Shown here piece after piece: positions 61,855 through 64,000 of a DNA stretch of 64,000 nt. A program made the position numbers and the translations under genes. The stretch's first letter is position 1. Every line of letters starts with the position of its first letter. Below the pieces are notes generated by a model that did not search any database, was not told where the DNA came from, and worked only from the letters and a program-made list of their open reading frames with translations. This stretch comes from a phage. The stretch lies in the NCBI GenBank assembly GCA_021525805.1, contig GCA_021525805.1_3940.1. One strand, 5' to 3'.

Positions 61855-62103
61855 ATGTTTAACAAAAGTAAAGCTGTGAGCCATGTAGCAAAAGTTGACA
61901 GCAAGATTGAAGAACTTGAGCGCATTCTTGCAAATGCTAAAGAGTCAATAATTAAAGAAGTTGAAGCTGTTGAATCTCAAATGCAGCACCTAATGCTTAA
62001 ACGTCAAGAGCTACGTGAGCATCTAGAATATATTGAAACACGAGAGCTAAAGGTTAACAAATATTTTAAGGAGTCCGAATGTTTAACTCAAGAGAATCAG
62101 TAA
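61855..62103 (+). CDS. hypothetical coiled-coil protein (start refined from track ORF 61840..62103)
   Basis: ATG at 61855 follows AGAGAG RBS-like run. Confidence 0.45.
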   Translation: MFNKSKAVSHVAKVDSKIEELERILANAKESIIKEVEAVESQMQHLMLKRQELREHLEYIETRELKVNKYFKESECLTQENQ

Positions 62104-62834
62104 AAAACTGGAACCTTCGTTGTGGAAACACTCAAAAGCAACCTTACAGTGATGAGTATTGGGAATCTTTAAAATCTCAATCTCTGTGTATGCTTGAAGA
62201 AGCAAAAGAGCTTGTAAAAGCAATTGAAGAGAAAGACCCCATTGAGACACTGGATGCTCAGGCGGATTTGCAATATGTTCTTGACGGTTTGATTTATCTG
62301 TCACAACATGACCATAACGGCGCTATGAAAGCTGTTTGCCATAATAATGACCTGAAGTACACAGATGACTATGAAGAAGCTTTAAAACGTCTTGCAGACA
62401 TTGAAAAGCGTACTGGTCAAGAGTGTATTATCAGAATGTCAGCAGTTGATGGTAAAGAGTGGTATGCGATTGTTCGTGCAGCCGATGGGAAGATTATGAA
62501 GCAATCAAATCTCCCTAAAGTACAGCTTGGTGAATACATTGTAGAGCTTGAAAGCCAAGAACTTTTTGTGGTAGTATCTGAGACATGCGTTATCTGCAAA
62601 GGTATTGTAGGTAGCTTAAAGGATTTGGGTGTAGATGGTTTTGTAGAAGTTAATCCAATTACCTCTAAAGCAGATAAAGACTTCTGTAAAGAGAACGGAC
62701 TATGGATTGCAGATATTGTCTACTATGATGGTGAGCAGTTCCATGTAACCTCATACCCGAAACTGAATTATGATGCTAATAACCTGAAGTGCTGGTTAAA
62801 AGGGGTTGGTTATAATGGATTCACAGAACATTAA
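62079..62834 (+). CDS. hypothetical protein
   Basis: 251-aa ORF. Confidence 0.55.
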   Translation: MFNSRESVKNWNLRCGNTQKQPYSDEYWESLKSQSLCMLEEAKELVKAIEEKDPIETLDAQADLQYVLDGLIYLSQHDHNGAMKAVCHNNDLKYTDDYEEALKRLADIEKRTGQECIIRMSAVDGKEWYAIVRAADGKIMKQSNLPKVQLGEYIVELESQELFVVVSETCVICKGIVGSLKDLGVDGFVEVNPITSKADKDFCKENGLWIADIVYYDGEQFHVTSYPKLNYDANNLKCWLKGVGYNGFTEH

Positions 62835-63138
62835 TAAAGAGGGTGTGGCTCAGAAGAGCCACTTCTCAAACTACAATATTTCTATGACGGTGTTTATGAA
62901 TGACCCGTTACTAGAAAAATATGGTGAGACTCCAGATACACTTCTGGACAATGAACAAGTTTTAAAAGCAGTCCTGTACAAATACGGGATTGATATTGAG
63001 AAAGAGTATTCCTTTGAAATCTGCCAACACAGGAATACTTTCGGTAAAGTTGTGATGGCTCCACTCTTTATGGGTGTAGAAAGGACTGACTATGGTTGGT
63101 TGTATCTAAAAAGAAACTTGGAGAAATACCGTGTCTAA
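62806..63138 (+). CDS. hypothetical protein
   Basis: 110-aa ORF. Confidence 0.5.
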   Translation: MVIMDSQNINKEGVAQKSHFSNYNISMTVFMNDPLLEKYGETPDTLLDNEQVLKAVLYKYGIDIEKEYSFEICQHRNTFGKVVMAPLFMGVERTDYGWLYLKRNLEKYRV

Positions 63139-63469
63139 AGCAAAAAAGCTATCTTATGATGACATTATCTCAGGTGTTAAGCTAGGTGTTGACAGCATCG
63201 GACAAGACGTTAAGCACGGAGACACAGTTATGTACTGTGATGACCGAAGAGGTAGAAGTGCAATCTTGTTTGGAAGAGTTGTCTGCAAGATGCGAGGTAA
63301 TTACGTTGTTGCAGACATGGATGTGAACGTTACACAAAAACTTGAAACAATTATGGATGATAATACATCATCATGGTTCTCCCTGAATTGTATGCACACT
63401 TCTTCAGTCACAAAGGTAAGTGATAAGTTTTACGATATGTGGCAGAATGAGCAAATTTTCAAGATTTAA
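63131..63469 (+). CDS. hypothetical protein
   Basis: 112-aa ORF. Confidence 0.5.
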   Translation: MSKAKKLSYDDIISGVKLGVDSIGQDVKHGDTVMYCDDRRGRSAILFGRVVCKMRGNYVVADMDVNVTQKLETIMDDNTSSWFSLNCMHTSSVTKVSDKFYDMWQNEQIFKI

Positions 63470-63474
63470 ACTAG

Positions 63475-63500
63475 GGAGCCTCTTCGGAGGCTCTTTTCAT
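63475..63500 (+). terminator. putative rho-independent terminator
   Basis: GGGAGCCTC-TTCG-GAGGCTC followed by TTTT. Confidence 0.55.
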
Positions 63501-63516
63501 CTGTAGGATTCAAAAA

Positions 63517-64000
63517 TGATTAAGACAATTAAAAAATCAAATGGTACAGTAGTAAGCTTTGACCCAGAAAGACTGAATAAATGGGCATCATGGGCAGATA
63601 AGCGTGGAATTATCTGGTCAGAAGTCACTATGGAAGCCATGAAACGTGTCTATGAGGGTTGCACTACAAAAGAGATGCACCAAGCCATGATTGATGTTTG
63701 TGTTGATAAACAAACTCAAGAGTACTCAGATATGGCTGGACGACTGCTTTTGGGTATTATCTACAAAGAAGCCTTTGGGGGCTTTACTAAGGTTCCTACG
63801 CTGGTTACCTTCGTTAAAAACATGGAGAGGGCGGGACTTTGGGAGAAGATGGACTATTCACAGGAAGAGCTTGAATACCTGCAAGGTTACATCGTACACT
63901 CAAAAGATATCTCTTACGGTTATGCAGTCTTGAAACAGTTCAGAGACAAGTATGGTATCCGTGATATTAAAACGGGAAGACTTTTTGAGTCGCCGCAATT
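63517..64000 (+). CDS. nrdA: ribonucleoside-diphosphate reductase alpha subunit, 5' part (3'-partial at window end)
   Basis: not in ORF track because no stop within window; ATG 63517 after AGGATTCAAAAATG; ATP-cone-like start IKTIKKSNGTVVSFDPERL and NrdA-like downstream pattern (YSDMAGRLLLGIIYKEAFGG ... ISYGYAVLKQFRDKYGIRD). Confidence 0.65.

Overview
This window is a contiguous segment of a large virulent tailed-phage genome; it is AT-rich by eye, and all coordinates for features not taken from the ORF track are hand-derived and approximate (about +/-2 nt). Taxonomy cannot be fixed without a database search; the gene content (myovirus-like sheath, tube and baseplate genes, a large tRNA array, ThyA, DHFR, NrdA, family-A polymerase, several homing endonucleases) is reminiscent of Felix-O1-like or other large lytic phages. 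No searches or computations were run; all calls come from reading the sequence and the supplied ORF track. Layout: (1) 1-3150, seven small early genes on the + strand, most preceded by a conserved hairpin-plus-RBS cassette. (2) 3150-4800, a 1.6-kb ORF-free array of phased TGTTAAG-type short repeats. (3) 4837-11627, a minus-strand early block with a T4-type endolysin, two tandem paralogues (one with an Ig-like domain) and a gene disrupted by an 11-bp tandem duplication. (4) 11856-13724, + strand genes including a vWA-domain, possibly Ro60-like protein. (5) 13890-18723, a tRNA array of about 23 tRNA genes interleaved with a family of structured non-tRNA elements, one of which carries a circularly permuted tRNA-like module. 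This pairing (Ro60-like protein plus Y-RNA-like / tRNA-like RNAs) is the most interesting candidate system in the window. (6) 18946-42812, the late structural module: terminase, portal, protease-scaffold, capsid, sheath, tube, tape measure, baseplate and two His-rich tail fibres. (7) 42850-53983, a minus-strand nucleotide-metabolism and replication block (ThyA, DHFR, ligase, family-A DNA polymerase, HNH endonuclease) containing a repeat-flanked two-gene cassette. (8) 54211-64000, a + strand replication block (dNMP kinase, primase-helicase, SSB-like, flap endonuclease, HNH and GIY-YIG-like endonucleases, and the 5' part of NrdA running off the window).
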